Source: the human T2T-CHM13v2.0 reference genome, Homo sapiens. From it: a stretch of DNA of 64,000 nt. Positions 32,147 to 47,845 of this stretch are shown here, piece by piece; position 1 is the first letter of the stretch, and each line of letters starts with the position of its first letter. Both the position numbers and the translations under genes were made by a program. Location of the stretch: assembly GCF_009914755.1 (NCBI RefSeq), contig NC_060926.1. One strand, written 5' to 3'. The notes below the pieces were generated by a model, which saw only the letters and a program-made list of their open reading frames with translations, searched no databases and was not told where the DNA came from.

Positions 32147-33971
32147 ACGTGTGTGTGAGAGTGAGTGTGTCTGAGTGTCTTTGTGTGTGCACACATGTAT
32201 GAGTGCCTGCATGTATGTGTGAGTGTGTGTGTATGAGTGTATGTGTGCATGTATATGTGAATATATGCATGTATGTGAGTACAAGAGTGTGTGTGTCTGA
32301 GTATGTGTATATGTGTGAGTGCATGCATGTGTGTGTACGTGTCTGAGTGTGTGTGTGCATGAGTGCAAGAGTATGTGTCTGAGTGTGTCTGAGTGCATGT
32401 GTGGAGTATGTGTGTGCATGTATGTGTATGAGTGCATCTGTGTGGAGTTGTGTGTGCATGTGTGTGGAGTGTATGTGTACATGTGTGAGTGCATGTGTGT
32501 GAGTGCATGTGTGTGCATGTGTACGTGTGTGAGTGCATGTGTGTATGTGTGTGAGTGCATGTGTGTGCATGTGTATATGTGTGAGTGCATGTGTGTGAGT
32601 GCATGTGTGTGCATGTGTATGTGTGTGTGCATGTTGTGAGTGCATGTGTATGGGTGTGTGTGCATGTGTATGTGTGTGAGTGCATGTGTAAGGGCATATG
32701 TGTGCAGTGTATGTGTGCATGTGTGTGGGGTATGTGTGCATGCGGGTATATGTGTGTGGGACCATGTGTGTGAGTGCATGTGTGTGGAGTGTGTGTGCAT
32801 ATGTATGTGTGTGCATGTGTGTGTGTGGGGTGTGTATGTGTGCATGTGTGTGTGAGACCGTGTGTGTGTGGAGCGTATGTGTGAGAACGTGCATGTCTGT
32901 GTGTGGGTGCATGTATGTGGAGTGTGTGTGTGCGTGTGTGTGTGAGAGCATGCATGTGCGTGAGTGCATGTATGTGAGAGCATGTGTGACTGCATGTGTG
33001 TGCATGTGCGTGAGTGCATGTGTTTGTGTGTGTAACTACGTATGTGAAGCCATGTGTGGTGTGTGTTCATGTGTGTGGAGTGTGTGTGCATGTGTGTATG
33101 TGTGTGAGGGCATGCATGTGTGAGCATGCATGTGAGTGCATGTGTGGAGTGTGTGCATGTGTGAGTGCATGTGTGCATGTGTGTGAGCACATGTGTGTGT
33201 GAGTGCATGTGTGGAGTATCTGTGTGCATGTGTATGAGTGCATGTGTGTGAGTGCATGTGTGTGCATGTGTATGTGTCAGTGCATGTGTGTGCATATGTG
33301 TCAGTGCATGTTGTGAGTGCATGTGTATGTGTGTGAGTGCGTGTGTGTAAGTGCATGTGTGTGGAGTGTGTGTGTGGGGTATGTGTGCATATGTGTATTT
33401 GTGTGTGAGACCGTATGAGTGCATGTGTGTGGAGTGTGTGTGCAGGGTGTGTATGTGTGCGTGTGTGTGTGAGACCGTATGTATGTGAGTGCATGTGTGG
33501 AGTGTGTGTGTATGTGTGTGTATGTGTGAGAGCACGTGTGTGTGTGTGTGGGGTGCATGTGTGTAAGTGCTTATGTGTGTGCATGTGTGTGTGAGAGCAT
33601 GCATGTGTGTAAGTACATGTGTGAGCATGTGTGACCGCATGTGTGTGCATGTGTGTGTGAGTGCATGTGTTTGTGTGTGTGACTGTGTGTGAAGCCATAT
33701 GTGGAGTGTGTGTGCATGTGTGTGGAGTGTATATGTGTGCATGTATGTGTGCATGTGTGTGTGTGAGTGCCTGTGTGTGGAGTGTGTGTATGTGTGTGTA
33801 TGTGTGTATGTGTGAGTGCATGTGTGTGCATGTGTATGTGTGTGAGTGCGTGTGTGTGAGTGCATGTGTGTTCATGTGTATCTGTGTGTGAGTGCATGTG
33901 TGTGCATGTGTATCTGTGTGTGAGTGCATGTGTATGTGTGAGTGCATGTGTGTGGAGTGTGTGTGCGTGTG
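32147..33971. repeat. 1.8-kb complex (TG)-based tandem repeat (GTGTGAGTGCAT-type units) in intron 6
   Basis: Continuous degenerate TG/CATG/GAG repeat; source of the spurious His/Thr- and Cys/Val-rich ORFs. Confidence 0.97.
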
Positions 33972-35546
33972 CTCAGGGCCTATGGGCCTGGCTCCTTCAG
34001 TAGAGTCACAATCCAGTTCCTGCTGTGACTGCTTCCCTCCCGTTTCTTGGGGCCTGATGACTTGGATTCTTCCATTTTTCTCACACTTCCTCATTCCCTC
34101 CATCTCCCTGGTGCCTTCCCTCTGTGCACACACATATTCATGTCTTTCTCCGACCCTGTGGGTTATAGAGACTCGTCCATGTACCTGCTCCTGGATTCAA
34201 GTTCTCTATTCAGTTTTCACCGTCAGCCTCCTCAGACAGCAGCTTGCTCCACTGACCTCCGCCTCCTCACCATTGCACACATCCTCCCCTTTCCCACTCA
34301 GACGCTGGCCTCTTCCTCCCCTCGGAGCAGCCTTATCTGTGCCTCTCATGACTCACTGGCCCCAGACCTGTGGCCTTTCCTCTTATCTCCTTACTCTTGA
34401 CCTTTTTGCATCATTTGAACCATGGATGGCCCTTGAATTTTTCTTCTTTTTCTGCATCCTGACTTTATACCTGCTTCTCGACCTTCCAGGCAGCTTCCTG
34501 TGTGCCCTCTTCCATTTCTAAGTTCTGCCATTCCCAAAATTGTTCCAGGACTGTTTGCCCCCATCTCCTGTTTTCTCCTGGGGCCCTTATGTGTGCCCAA
34601 GTCTTCCAGATGGTGGAATGTGGGTGAGTTCACATCTCCTGCTCTAGCCCTGGAACCATCCACAGGTCAGGCTCCGGGTTTCCATCTTTCTGTTGGGCAT
34701 CTCCAGTTTCTCCTGGCTGATGTGATCCAGCACCAGAGGGAGAGACAGGGAGGTTGTGCCACCATCATGGCAACAAGGACCACCTCGTGTTTCCCCAAAC
34801 CACCCCCTCCCAAGACCTCCTCATTGCTGTCAAGGTGCAGACCTTCTTCTTGGCCTTCAAGTCTCAGTGTCATCTTTGACCCTTGCTCCTAGTGCCTCCT
34901 GCTCCAACACATTTCCATAGCCCCCAAGTCTTTCTTAACAGCCATGAAAGCTCCACCCCTTTCTTGCCCCTGCCTTTCCCTCTTGGTTTGCACTTCCGCT
35001 TCCTTCTTGACCTCCCCTAATAGTGCCTAGCCAGTATCCTTGCAGCCCTGTGCGCTCCATCCCCATCTTTCATTTTCCTGCTTCCCCCGCCACCTTGCAC
35101 ACCTCTTGCATGCCCTTTGCCTGTATTGACATTCCTGATTGAATGAATGGAGGGTCCTTTGTGTCAAGGACCCAGGCGCATAATGCTGAGTCTCCTTGGC
35201 CTGACATTCAGGGTCCATCCAGCCCACGACCCCACAGTTCCTCCCCGCTGTCCCCCAGTGCTTGCTCTGTAGGGCCTTCTTACCCCTCCAGACCCTGAGG
35301 ACCTATTACCATTTCACTCATCCATCCATCCATTTACGAGGGGACATGGTGCTTCCCCTCGTCCATCTCTGCAACCCCAACAGCCTCTCACCCCTTTCCC
35401 CACCCATTCATTTCATCTCCACTGTTCCATGTCTACCTACTCTCCCTTTAAAGGGCGGCAAGGAGGGGAAGTGGCCTTCTCTGCATTGTCCACAGGCATC
35501 CAGCCCAGGGACTGCCTCAGCCCCTCCCTTCCATTAAACAAAATAA

Positions 35547-36231
<685 letters not shown>

Positions 36232-37490
36232 TAAACCTCATTCTGTTCTTTAACTTGGAGCACCACAGGGCAGGGGCCATATGTCAAAAACCTCTGTGGC
36301 TTCTGTGGGGCCAGGATTGGTACCTGGCATGGATTAGTTCCGTAATAAATATCTGTCCTTTCCTGTTTGGTTTGTGACATGGATTTCCCTTTGTTGACAA
36401 TGTGGGGCTCTCTAGCCAATGGAGGGGATGGAGGCTCTATTACCATTTCAGTCATCCATCTGTCCGTTTACTCACCTAAAAGCTGTTAAGCACCTACTAT
36501 GTGCCAGGTGCATAGGTCACAATCTGTGTGCTCCAGCCAGGAAGTCATCAAGGTGAAGTTCAGAGAGGTGGGTGCTTAGGCGAAGGCTGCCTGTCATGTT
36601 GGTGACCCAGGAGAAAGAGATCTGAATCATGCCAGGCAGACTTCTCAGGGCAGGATGAGGGCACACTTGCGAGATGGAGATGGAGGTGGAAGAGGGAGAG
36701 ACGGAAGGAGGAGTGAGCCCCTGCATCCTTGCGTGACAGCCTGCGGGGTGGGGGTGAAGGGCCTGTGTGCCAACTGAGAAGTGGGAGCTTCATCCTCCTG
36801 TAAGGAGGTGCCACCAAAGGCTTTCGGGTGTGAAAGTGGCATCTGCTGTGACTTAGAAAGGCCATGTTGGCAACCTCAGAGTGGCATGGACCGTGTAGAT
36901 GGAGGTGGGGCTGCTGCAGGAATCCGGGGAGAAGGCAAAGGGTGGCTGAGCAGGGCAGAGGCAGGGAGTCTGTGGGCTGAGGATGCAGAGGTGGGGGCGG
37001 GGCGGGATGAATGGCAGGGCTAAGCCACGGGGTAGATGTGGGCTGAAGATGGGGGAGCTGAGACCATGCCGGGGTTCCTGGCTTCAGCCACTGGACAGAT
37101 ACTGGCACCCTTCTTGGAGACAGGGCATAGGAGAAGAGGCAGGTGCTGGGGACAGTGCTGAGGCCACTCTTGGACATGCTTAGACGTTTGGGTTGGAGCC
37201 GGGAGGGGCTCTTGCTGGAAACAGGGCTTTGCTGCTCCTGCTCCACCCACCTCCTTGGGGCCTGCGGAGGAGCCTGAGCGGTGGTGGGTTTTCTGTGAGG
37301 TTCGCACAGGGTGGGGCGGGGCTGCCACGTGCAGGAAGGCAGGGGCCCTGATCGGCATGGCCTGTCTTGGCCTCAGTCCTTTCTGCTGTGGGGTCGCTAG
37401 AGAAGGGGAGGGCAAGAGGCTTCCCCAGGGTCCACAGCTTAAGAGAAGCTGCGCCAAGTCCTCTGAGGCCAAATCCCTTGCTCAGAGCAG

Positions 37491-37512
37491 GTGTGTGTGT
37501 GTGTGTGTGTGT
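37491..37512. repeat. (GT)n microsatellite
   Basis: ~11 GT units. Confidence 0.9.
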
Positions 37513-38910
37513 TGGGGGGGCGCAGAGCAGGGGAGGCTGCAGCTCAGGGCCCCAGGGGCAAAGCCGAGGCATAAGCATTGGGGTTTTTGGCATCCTGTGC
37601 TCACCTCAGGCAGCCTGGGACCTCCATGAGCTCATAGAAGCCAAGGGCAACTGTGTGGACTTTGATGCTCCACTTCCCCTCCCCGCCCGCCTCCAATCCT
37701 CTTAGTGCCGTTGGGCAGTGGTTAAGCAGTGGTGGGTTACAATGGCAAAGGCCTAGTGGGCGAGCTCCCCAGGTCAGGGGTGCCCTGGAGCATTCGCTTA
37801 CTATCTCCAGCCCACACGATCCCTCCCTGTGGGTCCAGACCCAAGAGGCTGGGCCTGGCCCTGGGAGCAATGGCGAATCCCGGCTGATCTACGCCCAGGT
37901 TGAAGCTCCGCTCCTCCTGTGGACTCCCCTGACCTCCACAGTCCCCAAGGATCAGGGTTCCCCTGCATCCAGGCAGGCACTGAGGGGGGCTGTCCTACCG
38001 CCCCTCCTGCAGCCCGGCCTGGACTGTGATCCTCTGAGGCCAGAGTGTGGGATATTGTGTTCCTGACCTGTTGCTGTGGCTTGTTACTCTGTCAGCCCCC
38101 CAGTGGGTCCTGATGTCCACCGAGAAGGGAAAGCCATGTAGGACGCTGCAGGGCTGGTCTCCATGGGAACCTGAGCTCCCGGAGGGCGGGGAGTGTCATG
38201 TCTTATTGATGCTCCATTCCCAGTGTCTAGAATAGTGCTTGACACATAGTAGGTCTTCAGTAAATATCTGTTGAATAAGTAAATGGTGCTTCCAACTTAA
38301 GAAATTACAATTAAAACCAGTGCCAGGGATGCCACTGTCTTCCCCCTCCTGTGGGTAATTGGGATTGAGCTTCTGGTACAAAACAGTGGTGACTTCCTGC
38401 CACAGCAAAGGGGATCAGCTCCGCCCCCCAGGCCCTGGGATGGGGATTACAATCACGAGTGGGACTATTTAGGGGTCACTGAGCTCTCACGGGGTTGGGG
38501 CAGCTTGGAGAACTTGAGCTCAGTGCTGTCTAAGCTGGGAGGCGGTTTACCCTTGTTTACTGCAGCTGCTGTCAGCTCCACAGGCCCAAGCAGCACAGCG
38601 GGAGGGTGGGGGCTTCCTTTAAGTCAGCAGTTTCTGTGTGGGTGTCAGCCTCCTGGGGAATGCGCGAGCTGCACTGCCAGGAAATGGGGCTGAACCTGGC
38701 CTGGTGGTCAGCCTGCCCTTGTGTTTGCAGAGGGAGCTGTATCTCCTGCAGCTTGAATCCTGGGCCAAGAGCCTCTGCAGGGATAACAGTGCCGTCCCCT
38801 CTGTCCCCCATCTCGGCCATTGCCCCATCCTGGAGCCACCCTGGGCTCCCCCAGCAGTGTCTCTGGCTGGCCATCCCTCATGATGCTTTTCTCTCCCCCG
38901 TTCTTTTAAG

Positions 38911-38957
38911 ATTGGCTCGGGGGAGTGGGCCTCGGGAGAAGACCCCTGCATCTCTGG
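38911..38957 (+). CDS. TOGARAM2: TOGARAM2 exon 7 (LARGSGPREKTPASL), 47 nt
   Basis: Long pyrimidine tract with TAAG acceptor; donor TGG|GTACGT; phase 2-1, exactly what is needed to join exons 6 and 8. Confidence 0.88.
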
Positions 38958-40765
38958 GTACGTATCTTCCATGCACACCTCCCTTTGTTATTTGACTCTC
39001 TACATTCCTGGGCTGGGTCAGGGAAACAGAATTAGGGCCAGAGGAGATCTGAGAGCTCTTGTGTCTGGGCCCTTCATTTCACAGCAGGAAGCTGAAGTCA
39101 CCGGAGGTCTAACCGGAGGGTGGCAGCGGGCCCGGGCGAGGTGTGGAAGAGAAGTGACATTTATTGACACCTGCTCTGGTACGTCAGGTGTGATGACGTA
39201 CACCAGCTTGTGCAGCTTGCCACGGCCTCGATAAGAGAGACAATTCTGGCCGTGTGTGACAGACGAGCTGGCACACGAAGGCTCTGTGAGCAGGATGTCC
39301 TCCCTGGTCGCTGAGCCCCATCAGGCTTGCAGCCAAGTTTCCACGGCTCCAAAGCTGGGGTCTTGACACATCAAGCAGCTGCCCCTTGCGGTGTGTTAAG
39401 CAAGTAGAGAGAGTATTCCTCACCTAGAGAATGAGAGGGTAAACCAGAGCCCACAAACCTCAGCCAGCTGGCCCCAGGAGCTTTAGCTGTCAGGATATAG
39501 GGCCAGCACAGGATTGAGGCGAGGAGAGGGGACAGGGCAGGGTAGGAGGCCTTTAAAGAGGGAGGAGGGATCCTTCCTGGATTGAACTCTATGGGGAGGT
39601 GGGACGGGTGGATGGAAGCTGAGCCTCTGCTGCAGGGTTGGGGAGCAGAACACCCCGAACCCAGGCCAGGGTGGGGAGGAGTTGGAGGCAGCCGCTCTAC
39701 TGCCCGGCAGGAGGGGTGGCCTCCCCAGGACCAGCTTCCTGGCAGGTCACTCTGCTAATCAGCTCAGCTGGTGGGGCAGTTGGCGAAGGGGGGTGGCTGT
39801 TGCCCAAGAGGCCCTGGGATCAAGACACAAAGCTGGACCTGGCACAAGAAACCTCTGCGGCAGCTGCTTCTCCCCTGCTCCCGGGCCAGGCTGCAGCAGG
39901 GTGAGCTCAGGCAGTCTGTGGCGAAATGCACCGGCACCCTGAGTGACCTTAAGAGCTAACCCGGAGGACGCTGGTGTGGGGGTTGGGCCAGGAGACCCCA
40001 GTCAGTAACCACTTCCTCCCCTGGCTCTCCAGCTTGCTGCTTGAGAACCAGGTCACCAGGGACCTGTGGCAGGGGCAGGCTGCTCAGACAGGGCTTTCCA
40101 GGGCATCCCTTTGGGGTGGAGGTGAAGAAGTGACATAAAAAATAGTTAAGTCCTTAAAGGGCTCTCTGCCCTCCAGCTGGCAACTGGGCTGACACTGCCC
40201 TCTGTGTGCAACATGCCTAGCACATGGTAGGGGCTCACAGGGTCTTGTCTGAAGCTGGGGGCTTCCTCACATCTGTGGCATTCCTGCAGTCCTTGCCCTG
40301 GCCAGGTGGTGCCTACCACATGTGCCCTCTGCTCTGCCTCTTACCTCTGGGCAGATGAGGCTTCAAAGCCCCTCTTCCCCCTTGGCCCTTGATCCTTCTC
40401 CCTGCACCAAGCAGAGGAATCCTTTGCAGAAGACATGGCCTGGGCAGAGGACCTGGGTGACCTGGGAGCTCTGCACGGGCCCCAGAGGTAAGATGCCTTT
40501 TCCAGCCTCAGGCAGCCTCAGCTGGTGGCCCCATCTCAGCAGACCCCTGACTTGCAGGTTCACCCAAGGACAGTGAGCTCCAAACCCTGTGGGTGGCAGA
40601 AAATGAATGAACCTGTTTGAGCCCTGCCTTCATAATGAGAAATGTACCTTTAAAATCCGCTGATGGGGAAGATATGAATGACAAAGCAATACTGTGGATT
40701 TGATGCCATCAAGTGGAAGTGAACGGGTATTTTATCCATCCCAAGAGCATTCGAAGGTTACTGGC

Positions 40766-41348
40766 TGTATTAGTCAGGGTTCTCCAGAGGGACAGAACTA
40801 GTAGGATATATGTCTGTATATAAAGGAGTTTATTAGGGAGAATTGGCTCACACGATTACAAGGTGAAGTCCCACAGGCGGCCATCTGCAAGCTGGGGAAG
40901 AGAGAGGCTGGTAGTGGCTCAGTCCAAGTTCGAAAGCCTCAAACCAGGGACGCCAACAGTGCAGCCTTCAGTCTGTGACCAAAAGTCCGAGAGCCCCTGG
41001 CAAGCCACTGGTGCAAGTCTCAGAGTCCAAAGGCCAAAGAACCTGGAGTCTGATGTTTAAGGGCAGGAGGAGTAGAAGGAAGCGTCCAGCAGGGGAGAAA
41101 GCAGGCAGCCAGAAGACCCGGCAAGCAAGGTGATCCCACCTTCTTCCACCTGCTTAGTTCTAGCTGCGATGGCAGCTAGCAGCTGATTGGATGGTGCCCA
41201 CCCACACTGAGGATGGGTCCTCCTCTCCCAGTCCACTGACTCAAAGGTCGATCTCCTCTGGCAGCTCCTTCACAGACACACCCAGAAACAATACTTGACC
41301 AGCTATGTAAGCATCCAATCCAGATGGCACCTAACATTAACCATCACA
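40766..41348 (-). mobile_element. Solo ERVL LTR (MLT2 family)
   Basis: TG...CA termini (tgtattagtcagggttctc...ttaaccatcaca); perfect 5-bp TSD CTGGC at 40761-40765 and 41349-41353. Confidence 0.88.
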
Positions 41349-41777
41349 CTGGCTCTCAGCTTTTCCGTCTGTGAAATGAGACTGGACTAGTGTTAGATCT
41401 CTGGTCCTGGCAACTCTGCCCTTTCCTGCTGCGTCATGCTTTCAGGCAAGCCCATGGTCATATGAAAGGATTGGTGGGCCCATTTTGCTTTTTCTTTTCC
41501 TGCCGTACATACCTCCCAGGACAGATACACTTACTTATATTCTCAGGAAATGTCTTACATCTCCTGGATAACACATCTGGCCCTGTTTCCCGCCCAGCCT
41601 CCCCAATCCCACACCTATCTTGGAATAAAGTGTGCAGTGAATGAACGAATGGAGGGTGATGCTGGTCCACAGGTAGTCTGTCTCATGCCTGCCAGTGCTG
41701 CCCTGTACAGTAAACCTAACTCAGGTCTTGCTCCATTGAGGAAGAATTGAGGGTGTGGGGCTTAGCAGTAGAATTGA

Positions 41778-42158
<381 letters not shown>

Positions 42159-42829
42159 TAAAGGCCAGAACCTGCAGACGGGGTTGGGGTGAAGGCTGAA
42201 GAAAGGAAGAGAAAGGATGGGGGTCAGAAGCGGGGTGGGGAACTAGGTGCAGGGAAGACTGCAGAGGGTTGCTGAAGGGGTAGGAGGGAGGAAGGAAGGA
42301 GGACGGGGAGGTTGCACAGGGCTCACGAGGAAGCCGGACGTGGGGAGAGAGCAGGAAGCCTTAGGTGAACTGCGCCGCGTGGTTTGAACTAACACCCAAG
42401 ATAGCAAATGAGAGGCAGCTGACTCAGGGCTGATCAGCCACGGGCTGTGCTCCAGGGACTGGCGAATACCTCACACTTCTCAGGTGACCTTGGAAGGTGG
42501 TCTCTTCCCTGGTTGGAACGAATTTAGTGAAGCTTGGGGAGTCACTGTAGTGAGGAGCCTGTGCTCATTCTTTGAGACAGAACATTCCAGGTCAAGAAGC
42601 ATATCTTGAAGGCCTCCTGGGTGCATATTCTCTGTTAGAGACTGGGTGACTGTTAAATCAGCACCACAACCCTCCCACTGTAGAGAGGACCACAGAACAG
42701 GAAACACAAACAATGATTCAGTGCAGCGAAACGAGCTGATCCTCCACCCCACTTCTGCGCTCCCTCCTGTGGCCACATCGTAGGCCTTGGCATTCTAAAG
42801 TGTGTCCCCCCACCATGGTCTCAATTTCA

Positions 42830-45165
<2,336 letters not shown>

Positions 45166-45195
45166 CATGGGTCCATTTTCAAAGGAGGACATTGA

Positions 45196-45525
<330 letters not shown>

Positions 45526-46185
45526 TAGACCAGGAGGCAGCCTGGGGTGGTGGTTGCCTTGCCAGAGAGAGAAACAGTGTCAGGGACTCATCATTGTCTA
45601 CAGGCTGGGCTTGGGACCCAGGATGTCACAACTGGAGTTGTGATGTCCTCAGCCTGTGTGACATGTCCGGAGGAGTGACCAGTGCACGAGGGCCAAAGAC
45701 ACTAGACAATAGCACCCAAGGAAGCAGCTGTGAACAGCAGAAAGAGGATGAGAGGATTGGGGAAGACCTCGGTTTCTTTCCTGTTGCTTCATAAAATGTC
45801 AGGGCTGGACAGCACTGGCTACAGACAGGAATCAGAGGGTCCAGAGCTTCTACCAGGGCACCTCAGGAATCGTGCCTGGGACATGGGGACGCTCTGTCCC
45901 CATTCTACCAGAGGAGCTTCTATGTTGCCTCATTTTTTTTTTTGTATACTGGGCATTCATGTGAGATTTCATTTGGAAAGATTTTGCTACTGAAAAAAAC
46001 TTAAAAACAGTCAGCTTGGTTCAGAGTTTCTGTAAGTGTGGGATGTGATGGTAAATGATCATGGACTAGAGCATAATTTCCATGCTGTAAATAATGCCAG
46101 CTCATCTCCCTTTTCAATCCTCTTTCTATCCTTTCAATTGTCTCAAGTAGAAAGTCTGAATTTGGTGCTAGTCTTTAGCACCTCT

Positions 46186-46309
46186 TTTTTTATTTTTATT
46201 ATTTTTTATAAAGAAAAGAGGTTTAATTGGTTCATAGTTCCACAGGCTGTACAGGAACCATAGTTGCTTCTGCTGCTGGGGAGGCCTCAGGAAACTTGCA
46301 ATCATGGTG
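46186..46309 (-). mobile_element. MST (MaLR) LTR fragment with poly(A) tail and TSD
   Basis: Minus strand ccatgattgcaagtttcctgaggcctcccc...ccaATTAAAcctcttttctttat plus A-rich tail; gcacctct flanks both sides. Confidence 0.8.
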
Positions 46310-46632
46310 GCACCTCTCTCTTTAAACAAGGAGATCCTCTTTCAGGCTCAAAGACAGAAGCTGCCTACAAATTTTTTAGCTAGAGTTTTAACATTGTTTT
46401 ACTTTCATTGTAAATATTTATCATATTCTATGACAAACAATGTTAGTTTATGGTAGTGACAGAAAGTTCCCTTTAAAGTTAAATTCTTTAGGATTTGAAA
46501 TTCTTTTGTGATTTGAAGTGCAATGTAAATGAAAGGACAGGCTATTGAGAGATATGGCAAAAATCATGAAAGTGGTAATTGAATAATATGATTGATACTG
46601 AGAACTATTGATGTATATAACCCAACTGACTC

Positions 46633-46924
46633 TTTTTTTTTTTTTTTTTTTTTATGACAGAGTCTCACTCTGTCGCCCAGGCTGGAGTGCAGTGGTGCGA
46701 TCTCTGCTCACTGCAACCTCTGCCTCCTGGGTTCAAGTGATCTTGCCTCAGCCTCCTGAGTAGCTGGGTGCATGCCACCATGGCCCGATTAATTTCTGTA
46801 TTTTAGTAGAGATGGGGTTTCACCATATTGGCCAGGCTGGTCTCGAACTCTCGACCTCAAGTGATTCGCCCACCTCAGCCTCCCAAATTGCTGGGATTAC
46901 AGGTGTGAGCCACCATGCCTGGCC
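46633..46924 (-). mobile_element. Alu (AluS-like)
   Basis: Poly-T followed by antisense Alu. Confidence 0.9.
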
Positions 46925-47359
46925 AACCCACTCATTTTATAGCAGCAGAACTGAGACCTAGTGATGTAAAAGCCACCCAAGATCACTCAAGGTCATGGTG
47001 CCCCATAGTACCACCATCTAAAGATCACTAGACTGAGACTTTGGCTAGTGATGCTTGACCCAGGATAGTCTGTTGTCCCTCTTTATTTGAACTGTTTATG
47101 TTTGGCAGGTGAGCGGGTAGGTAGAAATAAAATCAAGTAGGTTATGTTGTTGGAGTTAGGAAAAAAAGCCAACATTCTCCTCTTACAACCATCCTGGAAG
47201 CTGTATTTGAATCCTCCTCTTCTTCCTCTCTCCTCACAGTGAACAAATAATCCCTTAACTTGCTGTATAGTTTGGGTTTTTAGTTTGGCTGGAAATGATA
47301 GTATTTCAGGATTGTAAACCTGCTTGTCCTCCTGATTCTCCTAATATGTCCTGTGAGAG

Positions 47360-47845
47360 TGTTGGAAATAAGAGCTAGGAGTCACAAAGAAAACGAGCAC
47401 TCAAATAAAGGATTTCTCAGCGAGGCAAATTTACTTCCGCAGAAGGCTGCTGCTCATTCTTCTGGTCACTGCGAGAGCACACCCAACAAAGGAGGGAAGG
47501 GGTTTTTATCCCTAATGCAGTCAGTCCCTACTACTGTGTCCGGTCCCCATTGGCTGGGGTTGGACAGCACAATCTAAGCTGATCCCGACTGGCTACTTCA
47601 AATGGATCAGGGGCTCTAGCGGTGGGAAGAGCAGTTTTGGAACTAAGGGCCTCAAATAAGGAACAGATGTGGGTTGTTACAGATTGGGAACTGATGTGGT
47701 TTACAGATTGGGAATGGATGTGGGTTACAGATTGGGAGTGGCTGGAAAGTTGTTTATTGTAACTAGGGGCAAGGAGGCAAGGAAGTTAAGCTTTGAAAAT
47801 AGAGGACAAGCGGGACCTTTGAAGAGGAACTCACTGTTTCCAACA
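47360..47845 (-). mobile_element. Solo ERV1 LTR (LTR10-family-like)
   Basis: 9-bp terminal inverted repeat tgttggaaa...tttccaaca; internal 3x ~24-bp repeat; family assigned from memory. Confidence 0.72.

Noticed and set aside
32072-34133. 597-aa, 365-aa and other long His/Thr-rich or Cys/Val-rich ORFs
   Set aside because: They are translations of the TG/CA repeat, open in several frames on both strands, with no independent gene signals.
36560-37246. 228-aa minus-strand ORF
   Set aside because: GC-rich, old-repeat-like intronic sequence with no domain or splice support.
41305-41348. DUX4 site expected near the 5' end of an MLT2 LTR
   Set aside because: The corresponding sequence here (gcatccaatccag) is degenerate and does not match TAAYBBAATCA.
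47666-47737. Regularly spaced repeats as a CRISPR-like array
   Set aside because: Eukaryotic DNA, no unique spacers, and it is internal to an LTR.
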